NCBI GenBank assembly: GCA_016926735.1
Contig: JAFGOA010000208.1
Span: 1-17,905 of the forward strand
Direction of reading: 5' to 3'
Length of the DNA: 17,905 nt
DNA from: Promethearchaeota archaeon
GTDB lineage: Archaea > Asgardarchaeota > Lokiarchaeia > Sigyniarchaeales > SOKP01
The number at the start of each line of letters is the position of its first letter. The first letter of the stretch is position 1. Below the pieces are notes generated by a model. That model was not told the origin of the DNA. It saw only the letters and a list, made by a program, of their open reading frames with translations, and ran no database searches. A program made the position numbers and the translations under genes. Shown here one piece after another: positions 17,086 through 17,905 of this stretch.

Positions 17086-17107
17086 TCGTGAAACGTATAT
17101 TTCACGA
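17086..17107. repeat. Perfect 8-bp inverted repeat with a 6-bp spacer
   Basis: TCGTGAAA-cgtata-TTTCACGA. Confidence 0.7.
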
Positions 17108-17201
17108 TGATTCTATTAAAATAAAATATATAAGGATTAGAGAGGGTTAATTTTGATATATTTTAACTATAATATAAATAAAAATGTAGAAAAAAACTAA
17201 T

Positions 17202-17570
17202 TTAGAATTGATTAGAATTATCAAAAACCTTATTATAAATTTCTCTAATATTTTTTGTCAACTCAGGAATGTTTATAGTGATAATATCCCAAATTATATT
17301 AATATCTACATTTGAATAATTATGAATGACAATATTTCTCAATCCTACAATTTTCCTCCAAGGAAGATCAGAGTATTCATTTTTAAATTCCTCAGGTAAT
17401 CTACTTGAAGCCTCCCCAATTAATTCAAGATTTCTTAATACTGCATCTATTACCAATTCATTTTTTTTAAATGATTCTTCATCAATTTCTTTTTTATAAC
17501 GAATAATTTTATTACAAAATGCAAGAATATCTTCCAAAATAATTTTTATAATTTTATGATCATTTTTCAT
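17202..17570 (-). CDS. hepT: HepT-like HEPN ribonuclease toxin (DUF86)
   Basis: DAVLRNLELIGEAS, PWRKIVGLRNIVIHNY (Rx4HxY), IIWDII; 4-nt ATGA overlap with the upstream MNT gene. Confidence 0.92.
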   Translation of the reverse strand: MKNDHKIIKIILEDILAFCNKIIRYKKEIDEESFKKNELVIDAVLRNLELIGEASSRLPEEFKNEYSDLPWRKIVGLRNIVIHNYSNVDINIIWDIITINIPELTKNIREIYNKVFDNSNQF

Positions 17571-17857
17571 ATATAAACCACTTCATGAAGGATTTCTGTC
17601 TTAAATTGAGGTTTTAATGCATTAATACTTACTAAATCTACTTTTTTATTTAAGAGTTTTTCTAAAAAATCATTTAATTCAATAAAATCCCACCCAATTG
17701 GACCATTAAATTCCACTAAGATATCAATATCGCTTTCTGGATCTTCTTCATTTCTAGAATATGAACCGAAAATTCCAATTTTCTCAACAAAAAAATTATT
17801 TTTTAATTCTTGCTGATGTTCTTTTAAAATTCCTTTAATTCTATTTAGATTATCCAT
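17567..17857 (-). CDS. mntA: Minimal nucleotidyltransferase antitoxin (MntA-like)
   Basis: IGIFGSYSRNEEDPESDIDILVEF (GSx10DxD) and KKVDLV; 96 aa; directly upstream of the HEPN gene. Confidence 0.92.
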   Translation of the reverse strand: MDNLNRIKGILKEHQQELKNNFFVEKIGIFGSYSRNEEDPESDIDILVEFNGPIGWDFIELNDFLEKLLNKKVDLVSINALKPQFKTEILHEVVYI

Positions 17858-17905
17858 ATTAATTCTCTCTTTTTTATGATTACATTAAAGAAATAATATA
17901 ATTAA

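Overview
Very AT-rich archaeal window whose gene content (full-length Vps28, a Yip1-type membrane protein, a longin-like protein, archaeal L34e/cmk/L14e, an intron-containing tRNA) points to an Asgard archaeon, probably Lokiarchaeia-like; the taxonomy is an inference. The left half (1-7344, + strand) is a co-directional core cluster: longin-like/helical-repeat protein, SAM hydroxide adenosyltransferase (DUF62), Nudix-NMN adenylyltransferase fusion, RtcA, zinc-ribbon-Yip1, Vps28, rpl34e, cmk, rpl14e and tRNA-Ser(GGA) with a 20-nt intron. Immediately after the tRNA all genes switch to the - strand and look accessory: a SIR2-TPR protein, an S9 peptidase, a large membrane-anchored beta-helix protein with a cytoplasmic tail preceded by a multi-wHTH regulator, an ICMT-like membrane methyltransferase, a start-less ORF remnant beside a palindrome, and an MntA-HepT toxin-antitoxin pair. 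All calls come from motif recognition by eye, without database searches.
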